A stretch of 64,000 bases of DNA. It comes from Utricularia gibba (taxonomy: Eukaryota > Plantae > Magnoliophyta). The notes under the pieces are model-generated. The model had not been told where the DNA came from. It was given only the letters and a program-made list of their open reading frames with translations, and did no database searches. The stretch's first letter is position 1, and every line of letters begins with the position of its first letter. The position numbers were made by a program, and so were the translations under genes. The stretch lies in the NCBI GenBank assembly GCA_002189035.1, contig CM007989.1, positions 372,001 through 436,000 on the forward strand, in the 5' to 3' direction. Positions 50,312 to 63,448 of this stretch are shown here, piece by piece.

Positions 50312-52135
50312 CGAATAATCAACACAAGACGACTCAATATCGGAGGTCATACGACGAGTATGTCTGTTTCAAAGCAATAGAAAACGGTTGAGCGTCCATC
50401 CAAGAACGATATAGATGCCATTCAGAGATATGCCGGCCATCCTCCTGCACCCTAGCCCAAATGACAGATCTGCCCTAACCGTACGATGACGGTTATAGAA
50501 GTAAAACTCATCCGTACAATGGGTGAAAGCGTCTTCTTACGACTGGATCCCAGAATTGGGTCCTTCGGCTGGAAATGGGCAAACACAGAGCCATAGGCTT
50601 TTCTGGTTGGGGTGAAAATGTAAAAATAAGAACTTTACCTTTTAACACGCGGTGAAAAGAAATCATTCGTTTGGGAGAATTTACTACAAACAGTAAAACA
50701 TTTACTTCTGCAATAAATTGATAATAATGCCTGGTGAAAACTTTTCACCCATTTATTTATTCGAATTTTCAACGAGGGATAATTATAGTTTTCCTTTTTT
50801 AGTTATTTTTTTATCCAGAATTTAAATTTAGAAATGATGCAAAATAGATTTAAATAATTCTCAAGTTGTATCATATAAAAAATAATATAATTTTGAAATG
50901 TAAATTATAAAAGTTGATTCAAAAAATTATTGTCACAGAGTGTGTTACTGGAGATCTACCCAGTTGGAGACAAAAGCTGAGACCGTGCGCCGCCGCCGCC
51001 GTCGTGTTTCCAGAAAGCGACACGTCGCTGCCGAATCTTGGCATACGCGCCGGAGTCGCAGTACGGAGGTGAACCCTGAGATCCGTCCGTCTACTTGAGT
51101 ACAGTGGGGCCCGGATAAAGTTAATGGGCTAATAAGAGGTAGCCGCCGTGTGCTGAATTATTGGGCCTGGGCTACAGCTCGGTTGAAGGAGTAAAACGTA
51201 CGGATGCTCGCTCCTCCAAATTTCAATTACAAGAAACCCAACGTTCGCCGGAAACGGGAATAAAGAGCGACGGCGCGTCGCTGGACATCATTGCTGTGGT
51301 TTAGGGTATGAACGAGTCTGTTCAACAGCTTTTTAACTAATAAGAATTCAGAGTTTAACTGATTTCAAAGGGACACGAGATCATCCTACAAGCGCACGCC
51401 GGCGAAGAAACGGCATCGATACCAAACGGGACGGTGAGGGTGGAATAAAAAATATTAATGAAATTACTGCGTAATTAATGTCGGGGGCTTTTCTGATTTC
51501 TGCAGAGATTCATCAGCCTAGGAAGCAATCGACAGGGAAGCGCAGAAATTGATGCGAGATTTAAGAGCCAATGGCGATGATCCATGATTGATGCCCTTTC
51601 AAAATTGTGCACGTGGCGCAGAGTTTGAGTACCCCCAAGTCAAAGCTTTTCACTGTTAGCTCAAGAACCTGTGATGTTGATGGTGGTTGATCCTTTCCTT
51701 TTTGTCAGATGACTATTATTTCGCACGCTTTCCATTGATCGACCCTACGAATTGAGGTTCAATCTGGGGTTTCTTCTGATCATTAGGATTTGCTGAATTC
51801 CTCCTCGTTTTTGGAGAATTCTTGTTGGTGTTGTATCGGCTATCGTTGTATTGTTCGTGCGCTGAGAGTTTTGGTTTTGGTCTTTCTCTGTATGTTGTGC
51901 TTTCGAAGCCGACGTGGGAAGATTACAAGGTAACCAACTCCATCTTCTGCTGCTTCATTTCCTTGGGTTGGTGTTGGTCAATAACTAGCATTCTTTGGTG
52001 TAGCATATGGGGTTTGCTCATTTGATTGATTGTGCAGGAGGGAATGGAGATTTTGGTTCATGATCCTTGAGAGATGCTTCTTAATAGAATTTCCCCTGTT
52101 TTGTGTTTTTTTATTTGTAAGGCTTTGAGAAAAGC

Positions 52136-54637
52136 ATGAGAAGTAGGAGGCAACTAAAAGATCCACTGAAGCGTAGAATATTTTCCAAGTTTTGTTTCTG
52201 CTATATGGAACCATCAAATGCTAAAGAAATGGTCTCCAACGCTCCTGGGGTGTCTCCTGGCACAGGAAATATTGAAGAAGCCGAAACTTCATTACGCGAG
52301 AGTGGTTCTCTAAACTATGAGGTTGTGATCTGAACACTTGATTTTGTTGCTTTCTTCATGACTATATGGGTTTGCTCAATGTGCTAGAAATGAATTCCGT
52401 TTTTCTCAAAATTTTCAGGAAGCAAGAGCTTTGCTAGGTAGGTATGAATATCAGAAAGGCAATATAGAAGCAGCTCTACATGTCTTTGAAGGAATAGATA
52501 CTTCTTCAGTCACAGTGAAACTAAAGATCGCACTTTCTAGATTAGATGTTCGCAATGAACCCTTTAATGACTATGCATCTTCTCCGCTGTCGATAAACGC
52601 AGCTGGGTTGCTCTTTGAGGCATTCTTTCTTAAGGCAAAATCATTACAAGCACTCGGGAAATACAGAGGTATCACATGTTCTAGTTCATGAATTCCTTTC
52701 CAAAAACGCTCTGTTGAATTTCTATGTTGCAGTATAAGTTACTGATTTTTCTTAATTCTTTTGTGCAATACTATGCTGCCTTTGCTTCCTTCCTCTCACA
52801 GTTATGACTTGCTTCTAATCATCTGTGCAGAAGCTGCTCAATCATGCACATTTATTCTGGATGTTGTTGAGTCTTCATTGCCAGCAGGATTTCCTAGCCA
52901 TTTTGCTACCACTAAACTGCAACAGATTCTAACAAAGGCTGTTGAGCTGCTTCCGGAGATATGGAAGTTTTCTGATTCTCGTCGTGAAGTTGTTTTGTCA
53001 TACCGTCGAGCTCTCCTGCACCATTGGAATCTTGATGCGAAAACAGTAGCTAAGATTGAAAAGGACTTCGCCATATTCCTTTTATACAATGAACCAGAAG
53101 TTGTTCCTCCGAATTTGAAAAGCCAAATAGAAAGTGCATTTGTACCCAAGAACAACATTGAGGAAGCCATTCTTCTTTTAACGTTACTTTTGATGAAGGT
53201 AGCACTGAAGCAAATTGAGTGGGATCCTTCAATTCTGGATCACCTTTCCTACATACTATCCGTATCTGGTGGGCTTAGAGCTCTTGCCTACCGAGTAGAA
53301 GAGCTCCCTCCTGGAGTTTTGGACGACAAGGAGAATGATCATATGTTAGCTCTCTGCTATAAGGGAGCTGGTTGTGACTCTGAATCTTTTGATCTATGGA
53401 AAAAGATTTTGCGGGCACCGCTGAAAAATATACAAGCTGTGTTGTTTGTTGCTAAGATATGTGCAGGAAGCGTCGAGTTTGCTGAAGAAGGGATCAAGTA
53501 TGCTCGATTAGCAATCGAAAACTCAAGTGCTGAATGTGATGAAGTTGTCGCCACTGCACATTTAATGATTGGTATGTCATATTCAGCCAGCAGCAGAACA
53601 GCACCAACTGAAAGTCAGCGGGAATTCAGACACTCAGAAGCGATCAAATGCCTTGAAATGGCTGCAGAAAAAACTAAAATGAAGGATCCCGTTATACTAT
53701 ACCAGCTGTCTTTAGAATATGCTGATCAGAGAAAGTTGGATGCAGCTCTGGATAGCACAAGAATGCTGGTTAAACTTGAAGGCTTCTCTAACATTGAAGC
53801 AATGATGTTGCTGGCTCGGGTATTATCTGCCCAGAAACGTTACTCAGATGCTGAAAATGTCCTAAATGAGGTCCTAGATCAGGTGGGAGCATGGGACCAA
53901 GGAAATTTGTTGAGGACCAAGGCTAAGCTCCAAGTTGCTCAAGGTCTACAGAAAGATGCCTTTGACACATATTCTCGGCTTCTTGCTATCATTCAGGTTC
54001 AGCGAAGAAATCGTGAGGTATGGTTGATCCCTCAATGCTTTTCATACACAGCTGTGATTTCCTGATTTATGGGTTGAACTCACAGGACAACAGAAATGAT
54101 ATTGACAAATTAGAGCTTGCAATGTGGCATGACTTATCCTTGATGTACATAAATTTTTCAAAGTGGAGTGATGCCGAAACCTGCATAGCTAAGCTATCTG
54201 GAATCAGTAGCTCCTCTCCATTGAGATGGCACGCTGCTGGTGATCTATGCTTAACCCTGTAGCCCTTGTCAATAATATCATTTATCATGTTCACCAAGTT
54301 CACATACACCATTGCAGGGTCGCTTCATGAAGCCAGGAGCCAGTTTAAAGAAGCCATAGCAGCATACCATCTCGCATTGGCAGCTGATCACGAGCATGTT
54401 CCCAGCCTGGTTTCCGTGGCCACAGCTCTGAGGAAGGAAGGCTGCCAATCTGCCGCCATACTACGCAGCTTCCTGACAGAAGCTCTGCGTCTGGATCGAA
54501 TGAATGCCGAGGCATGGCACAATCTTGGCCTGCTCTATAAAGATGGAGATGGTGGCTCTTCCAATGCCAAAGCTGCTGAGTGCTTCCAAGCTTCTGCCTT
54601 TCTTCAAGAGACTCAACCCATTGAGCCGTTCAGATGA
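52136..54637 (+). CDS. NPGR2: Calmodulin-binding TPR protein, NPG1/NPGR family (NPGR2-like)
   Basis: GNIEEAETSLRESGSLNYE|EARALLGRYEYQKGNIEAALHVFEGID; LKAKSLQALG; SYRRALLHHWNLD; FVPKNNIEEAILLL; LARVLSAQKRY; ends AAECFQAS..LQETQPIEPFR*. Five exons. Confidence 0.9.
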
Positions 54638-55164
54638 GCAACAGATTGCGGTTGGCAGACACACTTCTTCTTCTTCTTCATACAGATCGTTGAACAGCAA
54701 AACGGTAAATGAATACAGACTTCAGCAACATTGAAACTTTTCATAGTGTCCTCTCCAATAAACAGAAGCTTTGGCAATTCTAACCATTTTTACTGAGCAA
54801 CTCTCCTCTTTAACTGTTTAGTAAATAAAATTACTGAAATCATTATTTTATGCAAAAAAATACTGATTGATTTGTGGAATATAAATTTAAAAATTAAAAA
54901 TAGTTTACATATGGAGTTAATCTAAACTAAATAAAATAAAAAGAAAAATAAGGTTGCGTATTATTTATTATTATTTCATCACATATTTTCCAAAAATAGA
55001 TTTAAAAATTTTTAGAGAATAATAATTTAATTATGACATCTATTTTTTGGTATTAAATAAAATGGAATTTAGAATTTTCCTCCCTCACTGATTTTTAAAC
55101 GGTTTTCAAACGGGTGACGTGGATTCAATGGAAGTGGGAACATCGAAAATCCCTAGAGGGGCAG

Positions 55165-55369
55165 GTGGGCCCACACCTTGTCGGTTTGTCACTGATGGGA
55201 CAATTACAACGCGTCTGCTTCCCCGTGCGGAAGATTGATGTTGGGTGTTTCATGTAAAGATGGCGTAAACACAGATAGTTGGCTAAGGGGAGTGTAGGCG
55301 GTGAGATGAAGGCAAAGGGGACCCAGTTCAGATGGGTGTATGTGGTGATGTTTAAGCACAAACCCGACA
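55165..55369. promoter_or_regulatory. Auxin-response and TCP-type elements upstream of the IAA12/13-like gene
   Basis: gtgggcccac at 55165; tgtcgg at 55179; gggaca at 55197; ccgaca at 55364. Confidence 0.45.
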
Positions 55370-55589
55370 AGGATGCCCCCAATCCCACTGCAGTTTCCTC
55401 CCACTTTTCCTTCCAGCTTCGTCCGTTTTTTTTCCCTCAAGAAAAGGAGAAACACGGGTTCAGGATTCGCCCGCTTTTCATTCCCTTTCTTCCTTCTTTC
55501 TGGGCTTAAATTGCGAGTCTTGATGCAGAATAGCGTGGGTGGCTGGGTGCTTTTCAACTGGGTCGTCGGTGGTTAGGGAGGAGAGTGGA

Positions 55590-56970
55590 ATGTTGATGAA
55601 GTCTGAGGAGTCTCGTGTTTATGCGGATGGTTCTGGGTTGGAATTGGGACTTGGGCTGAGTCTTGGTTCTTGTGTGAAGGCTAAGGTCAACGCCCCTGAA
55701 GGGATTTGTGTTTATGGGACGAAACTGACTGTTAAGAAGGATTTTGATTCTGAAGTTTCTTCATCATCGTCTTCTTCTTCCGTCTCCAGAACTGGCACAA
55801 AAAGGTCTTCTTCACCTCCAGCCCGGTAATCAATTGCGCCTGTGTTTTTTTGTATCAAATGCCTGGATCTGTTTCGGAATTGATTTCGCATGTCTTAATG
55901 AAAAGGGGAGTTTTCTTTCGTGTTTCGGTATCTTCACATCTGGCGATTTTTCTCTATACGAAGTGTTGTTCCCGTTGATTCTTTGGGACCGATGTCTGAT
56001 TGATCTACGATCTGCATTTTCTTGCATATAAATATCCATTGTCGGTTTCAGAATTGAGCTATCTGATATTCTAATCTCCGAAGCAGTCAGGTGGTTGGAT
56101 GGCCTCCGATCAGAACCTGCAGAACGAACAGCTCCGCTTACCTTTTCAAGCCATATGCCACTAGAGATTTTTTAGGCAAGACTGAAGTTGGGGCGAAGAC
56201 GAATGACTGTGTGGAGGCTAACCATTCTTCATGTGAAACGGGCCATCTCAAAAAGTCTTCTTTCGTGAAGGTAACCATGGATGGGATCCCCATCGGAAGG
56301 AAGGTGGATCTAGACGCTCATACTTCCTATAAGACTTTAGCACACTCACTGGATGCAATGTTTCAGCTCCATCACTCAGGTTGGACAAGATTTAGTTACC
56401 CTTTTTACCTTGTGTTGAGGCAACCATTCTTAAGTGAATCAGCTCTTCAGGAATGAACCAAGAACATGCTGTTCTTGCAAGACAGCCTCTGCGATTGCTG
56501 GAAGGCTCGTCGGAGTATGTAATAACCTACAAAGACAAAGATGGGGATTGGATGCTCGTTGGAGAGGTTCCGTGGGGGTAAGTCTTCATTCCGTTACTGA
56601 TTCTGCTGCTGCTTTTCCGATCCACTGATGTCATGTCTTCTTGCATCTGCAAGCATGTTCTTCAACTCGGTGAGGCGACTCCGGATCATGAAACGAGCAG
56701 ACGCCAACGGAACAGGTCAGAATCACCTCTAAAGCTATAAAAACAATGCTTAGCAGTAGCGTACATTCAGATCATCATATGCTTGTTGCACTGATCGTCA
56801 CAGCTCCGATGCCGGTCGACCCTCGGCGTAAGCAAGAGGGGATCAGGAGGTTCCTCATCGTTGCAACGAGGTTCCGGCGTGTTCTCCGTTTCGAGTTGGG
56901 ACGATGGCTTTGGCTGGTCCTTGGGGCTTGTTTGATATTCTTTTGTTTTACTGGGCAACTGTGGAAATAA
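55590..56970 (+). CDS. IAA: Aux/IAA protein (IAA12/IAA13-like); true stop may be 56831 if one C is missing
   Basis: EAR motif LELGLGLSL, degron [11 protein letters not shown]1 domain [17 protein letters not shown]...[18 protein letters not shown]|[13 protein letters not shown]...ANGT|AP; five exons. Confidence 0.92.
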
Positions 56971-57190
56971 AACATAGAATATACATGCAGTATAAGTGGG
57001 CCTAGCCCATTGGGCTAAAGAAAATCAGGTCCAATATCAGGATATAGGAAGGCCAGATGCCGTAAACAACCTAGTAAGACAGCAGTGTACGGACACGAAA
57101 CCTAGGAAACCAAGGGAACAGAAAGCTACACAAACAAAAGGAACTGCAGGAGCGGTAACTGCTAGCAATGTGTCGAACACCTTACGGGCA

Positions 57191-60100
57191 TTACAGCATG
57201 CTGTCTGCTTTCGTCGGGAGTCGCTTGAAGAAGCTGACGGCGAACGATGGTAGCCGGTTCCGGAAGCGTGGCGGGCGGAGATAGAACGCCACCGACGACG
57301 CCACCACCCATCTGAAAGGAACCAAGTAGAAGCCGAAGGCAGCCACGAAACAAGCGATCACGAACAGGAAAGTAGCCCTAGGATCTCGCCAGCTGAGCAA
57401 CGCCTGAAATCTCTCCCCCTGGGTGGCCAAGTCCCCGACCACCGTCTGGATCCGTCCGGCGACGTTGCGTAGTCGATCGTATCTCATCCGGATGAGTTCT
57501 GCGCTCCGGCTGCTTGGAATATAGTCGAATTCCTCATCTAGTTCATCTGGATGCACGCTCTCGGCGTACGATAACCGCGTATCCATGTGCGGGGGTATCG
57601 TGGCCGGTGTCGGAATCGCCAGAGTCCCACGGCAGCCAATGTCAGTAGAGTACAGGGGATTATCAACTCCGGTGCCAAAACGAAGACTGTCAAGGCAGTG
57701 GAGAAGATTGTAGAGTAGAGAGGCTTTTGCCAGCTTCTCAGACCTTCAAGGAGCCTGCTCATGGCAACGAACCATCCAAGAACACTTGTGAGTCTGAGGA
57801 AATTGGCTTTACTTTTTCTCATACTCCACATATGTGAATCATGATCCAGCATGCACTCAACTACTTCTCTTCCCAGCGGCGGCTCCGCCCGGATAAGGCG
57901 GCTGGCGACTACACTCATTGCTTGATACCTCAGTGTGTCTAATTGGCTCACAGACAACGGCTGCACATAATGCATCTTGGGAAGAAGCGGCATAGTGTAC
58001 ATGTGAAGAAGATTGACCATATTTGTGCAGGAAAACCGAATTGCCAACTGAAGTTCACCCATTTTCTTGACTCCCGAAGGATGCAGCATCAGCAGAGGAT
58101 ATGAATGTGTGTAAACACGATCCGTTTCCAGGGTCGATAGCCTGATTCGAACCTTCCCAATTCGAGTATCCCTGCCAGAGTTTCCAGCCATGGTGTTTCT
58201 TTCAACACGGGAGTTGTCGAAGAGGCCGACTGTGATCACGGTGCAGGGATCAAAGACTTCCCAAGTGTACTGTTCATTCCATTTGGGGGATAAACTATCA
58301 ACCACAGTCCTGGTTCTGATCCACTTTTGACCATACTTGGCAACACAGTATGCATCAGTTGAGCCTCCGATGCCTTCTTTGATCTTCATTGGCATCAGAT
58401 TTGAGGCCCCTAGGATCCCAACTTCAAGAACTCCGATGTGTGGCTTCCACAGCTGCTTCGCTGTTGGGCGAGCGTCGCTGCTGTACATAGTGGCCTCATC
58501 GAGTACATGATACCCACCTTCCAAGGAGACACGCAGGTGGACGCGTGAAGCAAACCGGACAACAGCTTTCGACTGATTAGGAGCACTAAACTGAGTGTCA
58601 AGATTGAACCATCTTGACACAACAAGCTTGTCATCGAACCGCCTTTCAATGTTGGCTATGGGAAGAATCACTCTTCCTACTACCTCTTCTCTGTTGGGAG
58701 CCAACCGATCTTCAATGCTGATGAGCAGATAGTCCTCAAACGGTTCTGCAACAACGAACATCAGGTCTTCTTCCCACAAGGGATTTGACAGGCTCCTGTT
58801 TGGAGTAGGGGAAGCAATTCTTGTTCGAAGTAACTGATTTCCTACTTGAACTTTGGCAAAGAGCTCAGGATATCTAACCATGTTTACAGAGGATCCTCTC
58901 TCACGCAAGATAACATCTTGTGCTTCGATCACCCCAACTCTCAAGTACCACAGCCTTGGAGACAAGTATACTTTGGATTTAATGGAACAGAGGCCATCAA
59001 CATGTACATTTGCAGCCTTTGAGTGCCATGCTTCAGCGAAAGCCTCATCTGCCTGAGTGCCGAACCAGATAGCGACCATGACTTCCCCAGCTTTAGACCT
59101 GTCCCCTTTTCTATCATCCATTCTGTACCACTGGGGAGCTAACTGACTATCTGGGGAGCCCTACTGGGAACTTCATTCAAATCGAACCAAACCCGACCCA
59201 AGAACTCATCTTTGTGATTATTCTCCTTCACGAAGATTTCTACTGCAGAGGAGTGTATGCAATCCTTGGAAAAGGCGAAGACTTGGTCCCATACACCGTT
59301 TCCTAAAGGAACCCTCTTGGTAATCCCTTTGTAGTTGCCAAGTTTCACTTCAGCAATAACCTCCACATTTCCGCCGAAGACAGAAATGTCTTTAACTTTC
59401 ACAACCCTGACATAGAGATACTGCATCTGTTCAACGAGGTCATATGTGGAGCTTGTTTTATCTTTGCTCAAACCGCCGAGATGAGGACTGGTTTCCTTCA
59501 AAGTGTAGTCGCTTGGATGTCCGCCGCGAAAGGCGGCGACGCCACCCGGAGGGGGAGAACAGGGCCGGGAACTGCAGTAACAACGACAGGCTTTATATCA
59601 CCTACTGCAGGCTCAGCGGGTTTTACATGCCCCTGGTTCTTTAACCCCATTGACATTTTCCCAGTCTCTTGACCCAAGCCGAGACCCATCTGCTTAGAAA
59701 CCGCCATGTTCCCTTGCTGCTGAAGCTTCTTTGTTTTCTTGGAAGTTAATGCTCCATCTGCTCCATTGACGACCTGCTTCACAACCTCCTTAGCAGAAAG
59801 ATAGAGCTTTAAACTTATTTCCCCTCTCACGTGAGAAAAGAGGCTCCTTTTCTCAAGAGCGTAAAGCTGGGAGACTTCTTCTCCCTCCCTGGCGATGCTG
59901 GTCCCCGAAACACGAACCTTACCGAGAAAATTACGGCTGTTAGTTGACCTCCTCTCGTTGAAAACATTTACCTCAATGGTTCTGTAAGGGAGGTCAACGA
60001 CGTCGTTTACATGGAAAACCAGCTTCTCGTTCCACACTGGGTTAAGGTCTCTGTGCTTCACTTGGGTTCTTTGCCGTTGATTTTCAAACTCAACTTCTAC

Positions 60101-60192
60101 AAACGGCGAAGAGGAACCTTCCCATCTTTGGGCATAAGATTGTGCGCAGCGACAACCTCCACAACAAGCTTTTCTTTTCCGCCGTTATGCAT
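57191..60192 (-). CDS. MCTP: Multiple C2 domain and transmembrane protein (MCTP, QUIRKY/FTIP family); intronless, four apparent frameshifts
   Basis: KLVVEVVAAHNLMPKDGEGSSSPFVEVEF...RDLNPVWNEKLVF; STYDLVEQMQYLYVRVVK; APQWYRM..GEVMVAIWFGTQADEAF; SPKWNEQYTWEV; PPHMDTRLS...DELDEEFD...RYDRLR..AGRIQTVVGDLATQGER. The pieces join with +1 base at 60121-60123, about 59545-59555, 59153-59156 and 57591-57595. Confidence 0.92.
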
Positions 60193-61129
60193 GGCGGCTG
60201 CCGGATCTTAAGAGGCAACAGTAAGAAGCGAGGAATGGAGGAAGCAAGTGAAGTGAAATGAAAATGGAGGGTGGGGGAAGATGGCGGTCAAAAGAAGTAA
60301 AACGGAGACAGAGAAAAAGAATTGGAATTGATTGCAGAGCAGAAGACGCTCAGTTGCTTTTTCCTGAATATCGTGGTGGCCAATCCGCCATTAAATTCTT
60401 TTGGTGGTGAAGCATTTTGTCAATATCTGTTAATTGGCACGACACCCCAGTTCTTGGCCAGCGTGCTTAAGCCTTTAAGCAACAATGGCAGGCAGACCCA
60501 CTCCCCTTTGTGTGTCTCACGTCGCAACACCAAGTACATGGAAATTGCTCATGTTTAAACATCCAGGCAACATTTGCAGTTTACGTTTGAAAAAAGAAAA
60601 CCAGATTTTTTGTATTGTTATTGACTTCTCTGACCTGCGACGCCGGAGTAAATGAAGAATCTGTCCGAAGGAAGGAATCGCGCAGATACGGGAAAAAATA
60701 AATACGAGGGGCATCTTTTTTGGTTAGTTGCTGAATTCATTCACGTAACGCATTAAGGTTTTGTCCTTTTTCGTCTTCTTTTCTCCGGTAACATTTCGTG
60801 TTGAACGACAATGGGTTGTCTTCAAAATTTGATTCTTTTGCGAAATTTGATTGCTTTTTCCAGGTAAAGTTTTGTGGCTATGATAATGATACAACATAGA
60901 GTCAGACAACAGGAGGAGAGGAGAGGAGAGGCGATAATCTTGAAGAATGTGACATCGGCAATTGAGATGCTGCAGAGGGAAATATGTCAGGTAAATTTAA
61001 TATTTTGATATAAGAAGTGAAGGAAAAAGGTGCGATTTTGGGTTTTAGATTTGTTGGGATTTCCATGTGTGCCGCCAGGAAGCATGTCGGCGTCTTCCTC
61101 CCGTCATATCCTGTCCTCTTCTTTTGAGT

Positions 61130-61133
<4 letters not shown>

Positions 61134-61175
<42 letters not shown>

Positions 61176-61179
61176 TCTC
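61134..61179. repeat. (CT)n microsatellite with one interruption, in the presumed 5' leader of the ataxin-10-like gene
   Basis: tctctc... from 61134 to 61179 with a single g interruption. Confidence 0.9.
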
Positions 61180-61905
61180 AACATAAAGGAGGTGCAGGAA
61201 GAAGAAAGGGAGTCTTTGGGCTTTTCTGATTTATGGGCTTCGCCGAATTTGTAGTAACAGAAGATGGATTCGCGCTGGGTGTGTTTGGAGCCTCAGGAAC
61301 TGGGAGGGGAAGAAGGTGCGACTCATTCTCTATAGGTCCTGGGTTCTCTGAATTTTACCATTGATTCTTATTTGTTCTTTCACTTATGCCTTTTCGTTTT
61401 CGTAGACTTGGATTTGTCGGACTGAAATTATGCTGTTGCACTTCTGGACGCTATTGAAGCGTAGAGGAACATACTGATTCTGCAGTTCCAAGATTTTGGT
61501 TTATTTTCTGAGAAGATACTCCACAGACACAAAACGAGACACGGAAAGATTCAGAATCCTTGCCGATCCCTAGCAACCTGTTCTTTTAATGATTTGGTAG
61601 ATCCGTTTCTTTCTGGGTGCAGCCGCTGGTTCATAATTAGATTTGTGATCATTCCATTGTTCTTGTGGTGAGATGTTGCAATTGTGAAATTACTCCTTCA
61701 CTGAATTTAAAACCAAGATTCTGTTATCTGTTTTCACTGTTCATCATGAGGACTTTGAAACCGCTGCATGTTTTGATATTTACTGTGGTTGATGCCCAGA
61801 GTATTCGATTGCTCGTGTCACTAATTAGCGCCCTTTCATTTTCAGGATTGTTTGTCAGTTCTCATTTTAAGCCGCAAGGGTGACTCGTGTTTCATTTTGC
61901 TTAAC

Positions 61906-63448
61906 ATGATTGATACAAAGCCTATTACCTCTCCTCTGTCTGATGATGTGCATGAAAAGCTTTTGGTGGTCTCTGGCTCTTCTAATCTGAGAGAGGCATT
62001 GGAGGGCCTCATCCAAACAGCGAAAACGTCGGAAGGGCGGTTAGATTTGGCATTCAAACGTATCATTTTGCCAGTCCTCGAACTCTGCCAATCTCCACCT
62101 CCTTTTTCTATTGAGCATCTTTCTTTAGCCCTTAAGCTACTTAGGAACCTATGTGCTGGAGAATCTAAAAACCAGAACTTGTTTATCGAACAAAGTGGTG
62201 TGAGCGTTCTTTCAAATCTCATCTCGTCGCTTGGCCCAACATTTGCTTTTCAAAATGGTATACTTAATGTGGTCCTGCAAGTGCTGGCAAATGTATCATT
62301 AGCTGGACAAAAGCATTGCGAAAGCATATGGCATCACTTCTTTCCTCATGGATTTTTGAATATTGCTAGATTCCGGAGCTGCAAAATTTGTGATCCCTTG
62401 AGCATGATTATCTATGTATGTTTGCAATCTCTGGATGAAGGGGTCAGCGAGCTAATGTCAGATCAAGGGAAGCAAATTGTGATAGAAATCATTCAGACTG
62501 TTGCAAAAGGTTATACCTTGTCTTCAATATTGATATCATTTTTTACCTTTGAGTTCTAATTACTTTCTTTCTTTTTCAGCTGGTTTTGAAGAGAATTGGG
62601 TGAAACTGCTTCTTTCTGGAATTTGCATTGAGAAGAATTTCTTTCAGTCAGTTTTCAATGTATTGTCTGAGGAGAAAATCGATAATTTATCTTCAGCTAA
62701 CCATTTTGGGGCCAATCAAGCTGCTTTGATGCGTGTTCTTGCAGAAGCAATAAATGATCATGTTGGAGAAGTTTCGGTTTCTACTGAATTTTCTCTTATG
62801 TCTTTCAACGTATTCAGAAAGGCTATTGAGATTGTTAATTTCGGTATGGTGCCAAAGCTGCCTACTCTTCCAACCGCTTCAGCTGATGTTGATGTTCTTG
62901 GTTACACCCTCTCCATTTTAAGGGACATTTGCGCTTGTGATTGTTCATCTGCTTCAAATCTTGAGAAACGGAATCCTGTGTCCATACTGGTTTCTGCGGG
63001 GATAGTTAAATTCCTGATAGAATTGCTTCGGGATTTAGGGCCACCAGCAGTTATTAGAAAGGCAACAATGCGTAACTCAGACAACGAGGCAGCATCTCAG
63101 ATGCCCACATTGAAGCATTGTCCTTACAAGGGATTTCGTAGAGATATTGTTGCCATTCTCGGGAACTGTAGCTACCGCTGGGCTCGTGTTCAGGATGAGA
63201 TTAGAGAGCGAGATGGTGTTTTTCTTCTTTTGCAGCAATGCGTCACTGATGAGGAGAATCCTTTCATGAGGGAGTGGGGGATTTGGTCACTAAGAAATAT
63301 TTTGGAAGGCAACACAAAAAACCAGCAATTGGTTGCTGAACTAGAACTACGCCAGGAAGTTGATACGCCTGAAACACGTGAACTTGGGATCAAAGTAGAA
63401 GTTGATCCTAACTCTGGACGTCCTAAGCTTGTGAACTTAACACCGTGA
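61906..63448 (+). CDS. ATXN10: Ataxin-10-like ARM-repeat protein
   Basis: LKLLRNLCAGESKNQNLF; C-terminal CPYKGFRRDIVAILGNCSY...VQDEIRERDGVFLLLQQCVTDEENPFMREWGIWSLRNILEGNTKNQQLV; two coding exons with a GT-AG intron. Confidence 0.92.
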
